Source: Leucoraja ocellata
Lineage: Eukaryota
Assembly: GCA_036785375.1 (NCBI GenBank)
Contig: JAWMAR010000044.1
Span: 1,550,001-1,614,000, forward strand
Reading direction: 5' to 3'
DNA: 64,000 nt
Below are positions 23,936-35,165 of the stretch, piece by piece. The position numbers were made by a program, and so were the translations under genes. A model generated the notes under the pieces. The model did no database searches. It saw only the letters and a program-made list of their open reading frames with translations, and was not told the origin of the DNA. Numbering within the stretch: position 1 is the first letter of the stretch; each line of letters begins with the position of its first letter.

Positions 23936-24487
23936 CTCTTGATGTAACTGAGGGTTTGAATTTGTACATGAGCATTTGGTTGTCATACCAATGAGTTCAC
24001 AGTACCCATGGGACAATATTTTGGCTGGATTTGTGGCTTACTTGAGAATAGTGTGACCCAGTGGATGAAGACCTTGTTCAATGCAAAGATTCATTGATAT
24101 TTGCTTTCAAATATTTTAGCATTTAGATTAAAGATTCCTTTTTTTTTTAACAATTGACCACATAATCTGATGTTTAGTAAAAATAGGCATTTGCTTTAAT
24201 CATTATATCAAACATTTTTAAGAAAATGTACTTAAAAAAATACTTCTTAAAGTACATTCTTAAATGTACTTTTAAGAATCTTTTAAGAAAACGGATTCTC
24301 TTGGTGGCGTTCAGTGACAGCAAAGGTGCGGGCTAGAATTGTGAAAACCTTGGAAGATGATGCTGGCTTACTGTGGTTGCTGCTGTGAGACCACTGAGGC
24401 CAACACGGCTTAGAAGTGAACATTTTGATTTGAAACTCTGAACTAGGGCAAGATTGTGCAGTTCCTGACATCTGTTATCTGTTTCAG

Positions 24488-24585
24488 AACAAGGTGTACC
24501 TTATCCCCCATGAGCAGTTCACCATGGAATATGTCCAGCCAAGTGTCCATTGCATCAGCACCCATGGGACGTTCGAACCAGACAG
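24488..24585 (+). CDS. LAMA5: LAMA5 coding exon 7
   Basis: tttcag| NKVYLIPHEQFTMEYVQPSVHCISTHGTFEPD |gtgac; 98 nt, phase 0->2. Confidence 0.92.
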
Positions 24586-25891
24586 GTGACGTGGGCAGTT
24601 ATGAATGCTTTTCCTGTTTTTCTAAGTGATAGCGCACGGATTATCCAGTCTCTTCACTTCTATTATCTATTGCATGGAAGTCAACAGAAATTTACAACAG
24701 ATATTCGAATCAAAATAAAAATCATCTTAGAGTTATTCTTTGCTGGTGTAACTATGTGTGCATGAGCTCAATATTTTCCTGAAAGCAGTTCCAAAAATAA
24801 GCTGTGGAAAATGCAGCCGTGGTCGTCACCCACACAACTGTCCATGGGAAAGTAGAGCAAGAATGTTTTTAGTTGTTGGCAAAAGCTCGTCATTTATTTG
24901 CCTATAATATTGCAGAGTATTCTTAGCACTGCACAAATTTAGATTGTCTTCTTTAAGCCAAATAGGGCACAAGTCGAATGAAGGCCATACTTTTTCTGCA
25001 TGTTCTTCTTTGTCCTACACAGCAAACTCCTGGGACACAGAAATTCTTTGGTTAGCAGTGTTGATATTATTGCTGAACGATCATTTTAAATACAGCTGCT
25101 TCTTTTGGAGACGTAATTTTAAATCAATAAAATTTAAAGTGAAACCAACCTTTAGACTTGACTTCAGAGATACAGCATAGAAACAGGCCCTTCAGCCCAC
25201 CGACTCTGCGCCGACCAGCGATTACCCCGTACACTAGCACTATCCCACACCACTTAGGGGGCTTTCACAATTTTACCGAAGCCAATTAACTTATAAAACC
25301 CCTGAGAATTTGGTCAGAATGAAGGACTGTTTGCAAACTGGGATTTGATGGATTTGTACAAAAAGCTTATTGTCATGTACTCTTACACTTTATATGCTGT
25401 GTTATTCATAATCATGCATAGAATGATGTGGATATTGTATTTCTGTTAATGGGTGAATTTAAACCACCATTAATGCAATCTAATATACACTGGATTATTT
25501 AAGTTAAAGTCTCTGGATTTTTGTCTATATTATGTTCCATTTCCAACCACAATTCATTGCTTGGTCTTGCCCGAGTAAAATAATTAAGATGTAAATTAAG
25601 AGACTTACCAGCATATTTATCTTAATTTTTACACTTGAAATACATTGTGTGTGATATCCCCAAGGGTCTTTTCCTGCTACCTTTAAAACAATTCATATTG
25701 CCTCTTATTCTGCCCATCAAAATGTAAAATGTATTATTACTGTTTCAAATTTCAGCCCTAGTGTTTCTGCCCTTTTTAAATCAGGCTGTCTTATTTCTCG
25801 ACTCTCGTCATTTCTCAGTCTGACATCTACAGGCTTTGTTAGTTTACTGCAATGCCCTTTATTGTGTTGTATTTTGTTGTTTGCCTTGCAG

Positions 25892-26096
25892 TGGTTCCTG
25901 CTCATCCTCCAGGTTTCAGAAGCCATCTCAGTCCATTACACTGACGCAAGGTGAAATATCCTCAGCTTCAACTCTGCTGCACCTTTATCCACCCAGACCC
26001 TCTCCTGTGGAGAGACCTTATCAACCAGAGCAGCACCATGTCCTCCCACCCACCATCGTGGAGACAGCTGACTTGATCTTGCTTCAGTTTCCTCAG
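25892..26096 (+). CDS. LAMA5: LAMA5 coding exon 8 (Pro-rich linker)
   Basis: ttgcag| (S)GSCSSSRFQKPSQSITLTQGE...PPTIVETADLILLQFPQ |gtaact; 205 nt, phase 2->0. Confidence 0.92.
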
Positions 26097-26269
26097 GTAA
26101 CTGCCAGCTACCTTTCACTTGCAGTCACTGGTGCTCCACAGCAGCTGCAACAAAGGATGGACATTTATGGTTGGCCATTGCTCACCAGCAGTGAGACACG
26201 TTGTTAGCCTTTCAGTTGGCCCAGAAGAAGTCACGGTCTAACTATGTCATTTAGTTTGAACACAAAACC

Positions 26270-26800
26270 AACTAGAACAAAAACACAACGCTGGAAGAAG
26301 TTACCGGGTCAATGCAATATCCGTGGGACAAAAGGTGTAAGTCGACAATTTGAATCGAGAACCCGCATCAGAGCTGAGAGGGAGCAGGAGAGGTCACCAT
26401 TGTATTGCTATAGATAGGGGAGTAGGGTGGAGGCTGGTAGGAGATGCAACTTGCCTGTTGGGAAGGAGATGATGAGCAGATAGAATTAGAGGGGAGAGGG
26501 GAAGAACCAAGGGAGATGAAGACTCGGTGGACAGGTGCTGTATGGAGAGGAGAGGACCAGGGGGGTGGGCTGTCTGTAATTGGAAAATTCAATATTCATC
26601 TCATTGAGATGTAAGCGGAATGCTAGATAATGTTCTTCCAATTTGCTTTCGGCCTTTCTGTAGCAAAGGAGAAGGCAAAGGAGATACAGTACATATAGGT
26701 GTGGGAAGGACGGTTAAAATGACATGCAGCCAGATGGTTGTTGCGGACAGGGTACAGATGCTTCAGACTGAAGATGGGTCTCGACCCGAAACGTTGCTCA
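26270..26800 (-). mobile_element. Degenerate Penelope-like 3' end, with a + strand hammerhead-motif copy at 26768-26795
   Basis: Purine-rich UTR and ttggaaaattcaatattcat on +; ctgaagatgggtctcgacccgaaacgtt. Confidence 0.6.
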
Positions 26801-26804
26801 ATAG

Positions 26805-27450
26805 ATAATAATATAATAATAATAATATATTTTATTGTCATTGCTCGTCAGTGCAACGAGATTTAGTATGCAGCTCAAACCGATGAAAAAGAAAAGTAAA
26901 ATAAATAAATAAGCTGTGTGACGTGACCATCCGAGGGAGACAGTCCAGGGGGGATGGGGGGCACTCAGCAGGGCCGGTTCAGAGCCGCTATAGCTCTTGG
27001 AATAAAGCTGTTTCTGAGTCTGGAGGTTTTGGCGTAGAAGGCCTTGCAACGTCTGCCGGAGGGAAGTAGTTCAAACAGTCCGTTACAGGGGTGTGATGAG
27101 TCTTTATGGATGCTGACGGCCTTCCTGAGGCACCCTGTGTGGTAGATGCCCTCCAAGGTTGGTAGCTCTGTCCCAATGATCCTCTGCGCTCTGTGGACGA
27201 CGCGCTGAAGAGCTCTCCTCTCCGCCTCCGTGCAGCTGACATACCACACAGAGATGCCATACGTTAATATGCTCTCTGTGGTGCAGCGATAGAAGGTTGT
27301 CAGCAGCTGTTGGGGCAGACCAGTCTTTTTTAATGTCCTCAGGAAGAACAGTCGTTGCTGTGCCTTCTTAACCAGCGCAGCGGTGTTGGTGGACCATTTG
27401 AGGTCCTCTGAAATGTGAGTGCCCAGAAACTTAAAGCTGGACACTCTCTC
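26805..27450 (-). mobile_element. Rex1/Babar-like non-LTR retrotransposon 3' fragment
   Basis: Open 159-aa frame SSFKFLGTHISEDLKWSTNT..KKAQQRLFFLR..FYRCTTESILT..WY; 3' aatgacaataaa and (TTA)n-like tail. Confidence 0.85.
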
Positions 27451-28289
27451 CGCGCCTCACCCGCTGAGTTTCAGATGCTGCCTCACCCGCTGAGTTTCTC
27501 CAACATTTTTGTCTACCTTCAATCTCTTCCCTTCTTTGTTCTCCCGTGGTCGGGGCACTCAAACCTTCCCTTGACGGGACGATCTTGGCTCACGCAGCCA
27601 ACGGTTGAGGACTCCGCATCGGGACGATCAAGCTCCCGCATCGGGGGGGGGGGGGATCTCAGCTCCCCTGCGATGGGCGATTGGACCCCGGGTCGGGGCT
27701 GGCCAAACCTCCTGCGACTTTGGAGCTTCCCGACATCAGCCTTGACCCGATACTGCGAGCTCCTCAATGCTGGAATCCGCAGGCCACGGTTGGAGCGTCG
27801 ATACCAGGCAAGGGATTGCAGGCTCCGATGGTAAGTCCACGGCCCCGCGGTGGGGCTCAAAGTCAGTCTCGAACAAAGCCTCCAGCTCCATGATGTTAGG
27901 CTGCAGAGCGACCGGAGATACGATCCGGAAAACAATCGCATCTCCGGCAATGTAAGAGATTGAAAAAAAGTTTCGACTCCCTCTCCCATCCCCCACATAA
28001 AACATACCAGAGAACATTAAAACAAACTATTAAAACACACTAAAAATAACAAAAAATGGTGAGTTGACAGACAGACTGTTGGCGAGGAAGCCATCGCTGA
28101 CAGCGCCACCTGGTTATCGTCTCACAATCAAACATGCATCAGTATACTATTATTTCAACAACGGTTGTTGCCTCCTGGCAGTTATTTCAGATGTTAATTG
28201 TTATCCTACACATAGTAATTTGGTGTTTATAGGCAGGAAGCGCGCTGGTATGGGCATGCCCGCTATACAAAAGAGCAGGAAAAGAAATG

Positions 28290-30112
28290 ACTTGCATCCA
28301 CATCCACAATGGCCCCGGGATATAATGACATTTTCAACCAGTCCCTGCAAACCAGTATTGTCCCTGCCTGCTTCAAAGTCTCCATATGTCTAATAGAAAC
28401 ATATAAAATTAGAAAAGGACTGGACAAGCTAGATGTAGGAAAAATGTTCCCAATGTTGGGCGAGTCCAGAACCAGGGGCCACAGTCTTAGAATAAAGAGG
28501 AGGTCATTTAAGACTGAGATGAGAAAAAACGTTTTCACCCAGAGAGTTGTGAATTTATGGAATTCCCTGCCACAGAGGGCAGTGGAGGCCAAATCACTGA
28601 ATGGATTTAAGAGAGAGTTAGATAGAGCTCTAGGGGCTAGTGGAGTCAAGGGATATGGGGAGAAGGCAGGCACGGGTTATTGATAGGGGACGATCAGCCA
28701 TGATCACAATGAATGGTGGTGCTGGCTTGAAGGGCCGAATGGCCTCCTCCTACACCTATTTTCTATGTTTCTCCACTATTGTCCCTGTACGCAAAAAAGC
28801 AAGGATTATTGATCTTAATGACTACAGGCCTGTCGCACTGACCTCTGCAGTCATGAAGACCCTTGAAAGGCTTGTGCTGGCCAAGCTGAAAAATATCACA
28901 AACCCTCTGCAGTTTGCATATCAGGCCAATAGATCTGTGGATGATGCAGTCAACCTGGACCTGCAATTCATCCCCCAGCACCTAGACCACCAGGGGACCA
29001 ATGCAAGGATTTTGTTTGTTGATTTTAGCTCTGCATTCAACACCATTGTGTTAGAGCTATTACACTCCAAACTTTCCGAGTTGACTGTGCCTGAACCCCT
29101 CTGTCGGTGGATCACCAGCATCCTGACAGACAGGAAGCAGCATGTGAAGCTGGGAAAGCACATCTCGGACCGGCCAACACTCAGCATAGGAGCACCGCAA
29201 GGCTGCGTACTCTCTCCTCTCCTCTACACCAACGACTGCACCTCCACAGACACCTCAAGCTTCTCAAGTTTGCGGATGACACAACCCTGTTGATCCAGGA
29301 TGGGGGAAGAACCTGCCTACAGACAGGAAGTGTCACAGCTGGCGTCCTGGTGCCATCGCAACAACCTGGGGCTCAATGCTCTTAAGACAGTGGAACTGAT
29401 TGTAGACTTTAGGAGAGCTCCCCCTCCCCTCACCCCACTCACCATCAACAACACCACAGTCACACCTGTGGAGTCTTTTAAGTTCCTGGGAACCATTATC
29501 TCCAGGGACCTTAAATGGGGGGCTACCATCGACTCCACGGTCAAAAAGGCACAACAGAGGATGTACTTCCTGCGGCAGCTGAGGAAGCACAATCTGCCAC
29601 AGGCAATGATGGTCCAATTCTACACGACCATCGTAGAGTCTGTCCTCACCTTCTCCATCATGGTCTGGTTTGGCTCAGCCACCAAGCACGATATCTGGAG
29701 GCTGCAGTGAATCGTCCAATCAGCTGAGAAGGTTATTGGCTGCAACCTTCCCTCCATTGACAAACTGTACACTGCAAGGGCCAGGAAGCGAGCGGGCAAT
29801 ATCATCGCTGACCCCTCTCACCCTGGCCACAAACTCTTTGAATCACTTCCCTCTGGAAGGCAACTCCGGACAGTCAAAGCTGCCACGGCCAGACATGAAC
29901 AGCTTTTTTTCCACGAGTAATAGCTCTACTCAATAACCAAATATCTGGTATTTTATTTAATTCACATGTTTAATCAATAATGTTTTATTATTAATGTTTA
30001 ATGTTTTATGTGTCATTCCTTATTGTCAATGTATGTCTTTGTCGCTTGCGGGCGGAGCACCAAGGCAAATTCCTTGTTTGTGAATACTTGGCCAATAAAC
30101 TTATTCATTCAT
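28290..30112 (+). mobile_element. Rex1/Babar-like LINE RT fragment (interrupted by CR1)
   Basis: DIFNQSL..VPACFKVS|TIVPV.KK..LNDYRPVALTS..FVDFSSAFNTI..GAPQGCVLSPLL..KFADDTT..KKAQQRMYFLR; tail gccaataaacttattcattc. Confidence 0.88.
28385..28769 (+). mobile_element. Young CR1 3' fragment nested in the Rex1-like element
   Basis: LIETYKIRKGLDKLDVGKMFPMLGESRTRGHSLRI..; TCTCCA duplicated at 28379-28384 and 28770-28775. Confidence 0.88.
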
Positions 30113-30566
30113 CAGCCTCTAATAAATGAAAACTTGAATTAGAGACACTGTTAATGTGCCCGTAAACACAGATGTTTGCACACAGCCAGATGTGCACACC
30201 TTGTTTCCACTAAGGAGTTCTTCCATCTTCTCTTTGCTCGCCAGTGTTAACGTTTTGCCGGCATGTATCTTGGTGAAGTCTGTTTCCCACCTGGCCCCTC
30301 ACACAAGTGAGTAACAAGCGTGGTTCTTGCTAGTCACCCGTCGGCAAGCAGTTGCACTACCCGACTGAAACTTCAACATGGATCACAAAGTGCTGGAGTA
30401 GCTCAGCGGTCAGGCAGCACGCTGGAAGGCATGGATCGGTGACTTTCCGGGTCAGAGCCCTTCACCAGACTCAGACTCAGTGCCTAGCTGCAGTTACTCC
30501 AGCCTTTTGCCAACAGTGTAACTGACCAATTCTAGTTCTTCTACTGGGGCACCTTCTTTTCGGCTG

Positions 30567-30890
30567 GCATTGTGGCACAGCTGGTAGAGTCGCTGCCTCA
30601 CCGCACCAGAGACCCAGGTATGATCCTGACCTCTGGTGCTGCCTGTGTGGAGTTTACACGTTCTCCCTGTGAACGCACGGGTTTCCTCCACGTGCCACAA
30701 TTTCCCCCCCACATCCCAAAGACTTGTAGGTTGCTTGTCTGCTGAAAGTTGCCCCTTGAGTGTAGGTGAGTAGTAGAAACTGGTGGGAATTGATAACAAT
30801 ATGGAGAGAATAAAATTGGATTAGATTAGTATTGGATTAATGTAAATGGATAGTTGATGGTCATCCGTTTCCATTCTGTACCTCCCTATG
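30567..30890 (+). mobile_element. HE1-like V-SINE (older)
   Basis: ggcattgtggcacagctggtagagtcgctgcctcac..cccacatcccaaagac. Confidence 0.72.
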
Positions 30891-31862
30891 TCACTCCCTT
30901 TATCCATCCACCGTTGTCCCAGGGGAGATCAGCTGGCTCCGTGCAGACTGACAATCAGTACAGAGGATCTCTGTGGTTCGGCTGGTAGTTAGAACCATTT
31001 ACTGAGTTATATTGCAGCAGATTTCTGAGCAGAGAAGAGAAGGAACTTTGAGATTAGGTCCACCGTGGTGTGGCACTGGGTTGAAAGACCAACGTCCCCT
31101 CAGGCTTGACCTGTGGTTGCTGAATGTTGATTGAGCCAACGAGGCATGAATTAAACTGCAGGCTTGAACATTCACTTGCAAGTATTGGGAGGTTGAGTGT
31201 TACTTGTTGAATTAATGCTTCTAATTAAATCATAGTTGCAAATCAATCAGGATTCCATCTCACTGCTATTCAGCTCAATTCTACAAAGCAAAGACTCAAA
31301 ATGCTGGAATAACTCAGCTGTTCAAACAGCATCCCTGGAGAACATGTGTCGGTGACGTTTCAAGTGGGGATGCTGCCTGACCTGCTGAGTTACACCAGCA
31401 TTTTGTGTCTTTCCTTGGTCAATTATTGCAGCTCATTATTTCTACACTGCTATGAAGCACGTGGACATCAGTGATTTAACAGACTCGGGCTTTGGTGTGA
31501 AGTGGCAGTGTATGCATTTCGGAGTCGCCGCCAAAATATTCATAGCAAGATGGTTTGAAAAGACTTAATAGCTTAAAAATCCAGCAGTACATGGTCGTCA
31601 TTTGAATTATTTTTCATTCATTTCCTGAACAGTGAACAGCCATGTATTGAGAGGCCAGAGGGGACTAGTGTAGATGGGGCATGTTGGTCGCGTAGGGAAG
31701 TTGGGCCGAAGGGCATTTTCCATGCTGTATGATTCTATGACTATCAATATATACTTATAGTGTTCTTAGAAAGTAGAGAGATAATGTTGGATTGATGTTG
31801 TTGTTCAAAATAATCTATGTCATAAAAACTGAAATGCCTAAAAGTGCGTAACTGTTTTGCAG

Positions 31863-31989
31863 ACTGTTGCCATCTTTGGTAGCCGTGTTCAGGCATTGGG
31901 TCGCTATGTCTTTGTGATCCACTTCTATCAGCCAGACCACCTGACCTTTGCAGCAGAGGTGCTGATTAACGGAGGGCGGATTTGGCAAG
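31863..31989 (+). CDS. LAMA5: LAMA5 coding exon 9
   Basis: tttgcag| TVAIFGSRVQALGRYVFVIHFYQPDHLTFAAEVLINGGRIWQ |gtaagc; 127 nt, phase 0->1. Confidence 0.94.
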
Positions 31990-32741
31990 GTAAGCCAACA
32001 GCGACTTGTGTGTGTGGTTGGGTCGGGGGTTTGGTGGGGATGGCGTCAGTGGGATTAGGCCAAAGGGAGGTGCCGGAGTTCTGAGAGAGTTGGGTGTTGG
32101 CCTAACTAGGAGGATGAGTCTCGGATAGTGAGGTGGAACATGGCTGGAAGGGTTGAAGGCCTGTGTTTGCAGCTGGGCTAGGTACCGGTAAGAAATTTGA
32201 GTGCCTGAGACTGTGGTCTTCGAGCAGTAAGTCGCTGTGGAGTGATGACTACAGTCATTGTCATGGGGCCTGGGAGCCTCAGTGTGTCAGCGACAGAGTA
32301 TTTAATGGGAGGGGATTGTGGCCTCAAACTGTGATTTACAGGAAGCATTACTTGCTATATATGGATCCCAGTTGGTCAGAGATACTCATTTATTTTCCGC
32401 CATTAAGTTGTATTTCTCAACTCCTTTCCGTGACACAATATCCTTCCCTCTGCCTCACAGTAATCTGGTGGCTGTGATTACTTCAGCGAGAGGGTGGATC
32501 AGACCTCTTTGGTGAGATCCCATCTTATCCAGGAAGGGCTAATACAGCAGAGAACCTACCTCCTTGTCACCGCCACTTGCTTCCAACCCACACTGTAGCC
32601 TCTGGATAATAATATATCAAGCTAGTCTTGGGAGTTACTATTCTAGTTCTCTAGCCCAATATTGTACCTACTCCATTGCCAACACTCTTATTTCCCCACA
32701 TGGTCTTAAATGACAAACATGTTGCTTTTCATTCATTCCAG

Positions 32742-32881
32742 GTCATGCCAACGCCTCCTTCTGCCCACATGGGTATGGATGCCGTACTGCAATCCTTTGT
32801 GAAAATAAGATTGTTCTGGACATAAGTGACAATGACGTAACCATTATCATTCGCATCCCTGATGGCAAGACTCTGTGGCTG
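32742..32881 (+). CDS. LAMA5: LAMA5 coding exon 10
   Basis: ttccag| (G)HANASFCPHGYGCRTAILCENKIVLDISDNDVTIIIRIPDGKTLWL |gtaag; 140 nt, phase 1->0. Confidence 0.95.
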
Positions 32882-32949
32882 GTAAGCAACAAAATGACCT
32901 TGTGGCTAGGTATTCTGACTAGGAATTAGTCAGAATACTTAGATTAGCA

Positions 32950-33485
32950 GGATTATTGGTGCCCCATTCCCTTTCCTGCTGGAGATATACAAGAAGAGGA
33001 GCATCAGTAGAGCCATCTCCATCATCCTGGACCCCTACCACCCATCACATCACATCTTTTCCATTCTGCCATCTGGGAAGAGGTACAGGAACATCAGCTG
33101 CAAAACCAGCAGGATGCTCCTCAGCTTCTTCCCACAGGCAATAAGACTGATTAACGGACTTTGTCCCCTCTCAAAATATCGCTCATCCACACGTCCAACC
33201 GCGCCCATACTTTGACAGTTAGGCACCTGTCAAAGTAAAGCCACTGAGAAGCCACTGTCGATCAGAATGATTGTTTTTATTATATTGTTAATTTTTAGGC
33301 CTACTTTTCTTTTTAAAAATGGTCATTTTAATTTGTTTCTAAAGCTCTATGTATTATCCTTTTTGTTTTTATTTTTACACTGAATGGAAACCGATTGAGC
33401 AACGTTTTTTCGTTTCCTCTGTGTATGCGAGTACGCAGTGAAATGATATTAAAGAAATACTGATACTGATACTGACTGACTGATA
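32950..33485 (+). mobile_element. Rex1-like LINE 3' fragment with (TACTGA)n tail
   Basis: SIILDPYHPSHHIFSILPSGKRYRNISCKTSRMLLSFFPQAIRL, homologous to the other Rex-like C-termini. Confidence 0.75.
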
Positions 33486-33492
33486 GGACATT

Positions 33493-33584
33493 CTGAAGAA
33501 GGGTCTCGACCCAAAACGTCACCCATTCCTTCTCTCCAGATATGCTGCCTGTCCCGCTGAGTTACTCCAGCTTTTTGTGGCTAC
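33493..33584 (+). mobile_element. Solo Penelope terminal repeat with hammerhead motif (GAAA mutated to AAAA)
   Basis: ctgaagaagggtctcgacccaaaacgtcacccattcc..ctgagttactccagc. Confidence 0.75.
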
Positions 33585-34436
33585 ATTCTGACTAGGACTT
33601 AATATCAGCTGGTTCTCAAAGTCATCCTATTCTCAAGGTCCCACGAGATATTTAAGAACAATGAAGTTGAACTCTCAGCCATGTGAGTTCAGGCCTTACC
33701 GCTGTAGTTCCTGGAAGTCAGAACACCTCCAGAATCTGGATGTTTCTGAGAGTAGGAGACAGTGATGTCTGACCCCACTATGAGTGCATGTCACACTGGC
33801 TGTTTTCTTCTGGTTGTCTGAGTTCTAGAGGAGGGTGGTCAAGAACTCAAAGCCCAAAATAACTCGAGCTCAGATATCTTCAGACAAAAACTTTCCTGCT
33901 ATTGCAAACGCGGCTGGATTGTCTAGCTGTATAGACACACACACTCAATAAAATGCTCAATAAAACGTGTTATCTTTTTAATTAGTCAGTGCCGTTTAGG
34001 ATACTTCGCTGCATTGAAATACAAGATCTTTCCAAGTAGCTGGTGTATAAATAATAGTTTAATAACCTCCCCCCACCCCTCACCCCTGTCAAGTCCCTAC
34101 CAGTTCCACGCAAGAACTTGTCCCCTTCCCAAACTCATGCAGATCCATGTGTACATGTATTGTACATGTGATACATCTGGTATCACAGAGTAAATTCCTA
34201 ATCTATTTCCCCGTGTTAAACCACACAAAGCCTATGTGGATTGAACTACAGTCTTGCACCATTCCTCTGGTTGCATTTGTAGTATTTATTGCATTGATCA
34301 CTACTGTATTTATGCTGTTTACTTTGTGAGTTTCATGTGAACACACTATTTCATTGCATCCTGCTGTATGACAATAACCTAATCTGAATCCACAATCTGG
34401 TTATTCTACAATTTGTCTCATTTTATACTTTACCAG

Positions 34437-34552
34437 GCCTACATTTTGATTGTGCCGGAAGCTAGCTACAACTCAAACTACCTGTTAGAAGAACCTTTGG
34501 ACAAGTCATATGATTTCATCAGCACCTGTGGAGCAAACAGTTTCTACATCAA
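34437..34552 (+). CDS. LAMA5: LAMA5 coding exon 11
   Basis: taccag| AYILIVPEASYNSNYLLEEPLDKSYDFISTCGANSFYI |gtaagt; 116 nt, phase 0->2. Confidence 0.95.
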
Positions 34553-34614
34553 GTAAGTTCTTATTCCAAGTTTGACACGAGTTCAAATGTTGTTGGTGTA
34601 CCGTGAGGATTTGT

Positions 34615-35165
34615 CATCATCTAAACTATCTTCGTGATTGTGAGACTAAGCGGAGGTTGGGCGATCGTTTCGCCGAACACCTCCGCTCGATCCGCAAGAA
34701 CTTACCTGACCTCCCCGTGGCTCAGCACCAACTGCCCCTCCCATTCCCAATCCGACCTCTCTGTCCTGGGTCTCCTCCATTGCCAGAGTGAGCAACACCG
34801 GAAATTGGAGGAACAGCACCTCATATTAGAATAGTTTCTTTATTGTCATTGTAACATGAACCATGTACAACAAAATTTTACTATACTATCCTATATTCCG
34901 CTTGGGGAGCCTGCATCCGGAGGGCATGAACATTGAATTCTCCCAATTTTGTTAGCCCTTGCTGTCTCCTCCCCTTCCTTAGTCCTCGAGCTGTCTCCTC
35001 CCATCCCCCAGCCCTCGGGCTCCTCCTCCTCCCTTTTTCCTTCTTTCTCCCCGCCACCCCCTATCAGTCTGAAGAAGGGTTTCGGCCTGAAACGTTACCT
35101 ATCTCCTTCGCTCCATAGATGCTGCTGCACCCGCTGAGTTTCTCCAGCATTTTTGTGTACCTTAT
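34615..35165 (+). mobile_element. Penelope-like 3' end (GIY-YIG C-terminal part + terminal repeat)
   Basis: ETKRRLGDRFAEHLRSIRKNLPDLPVAQH..RKLEEQHLI; hammerhead motif at 35069-35096. Confidence 0.85.
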
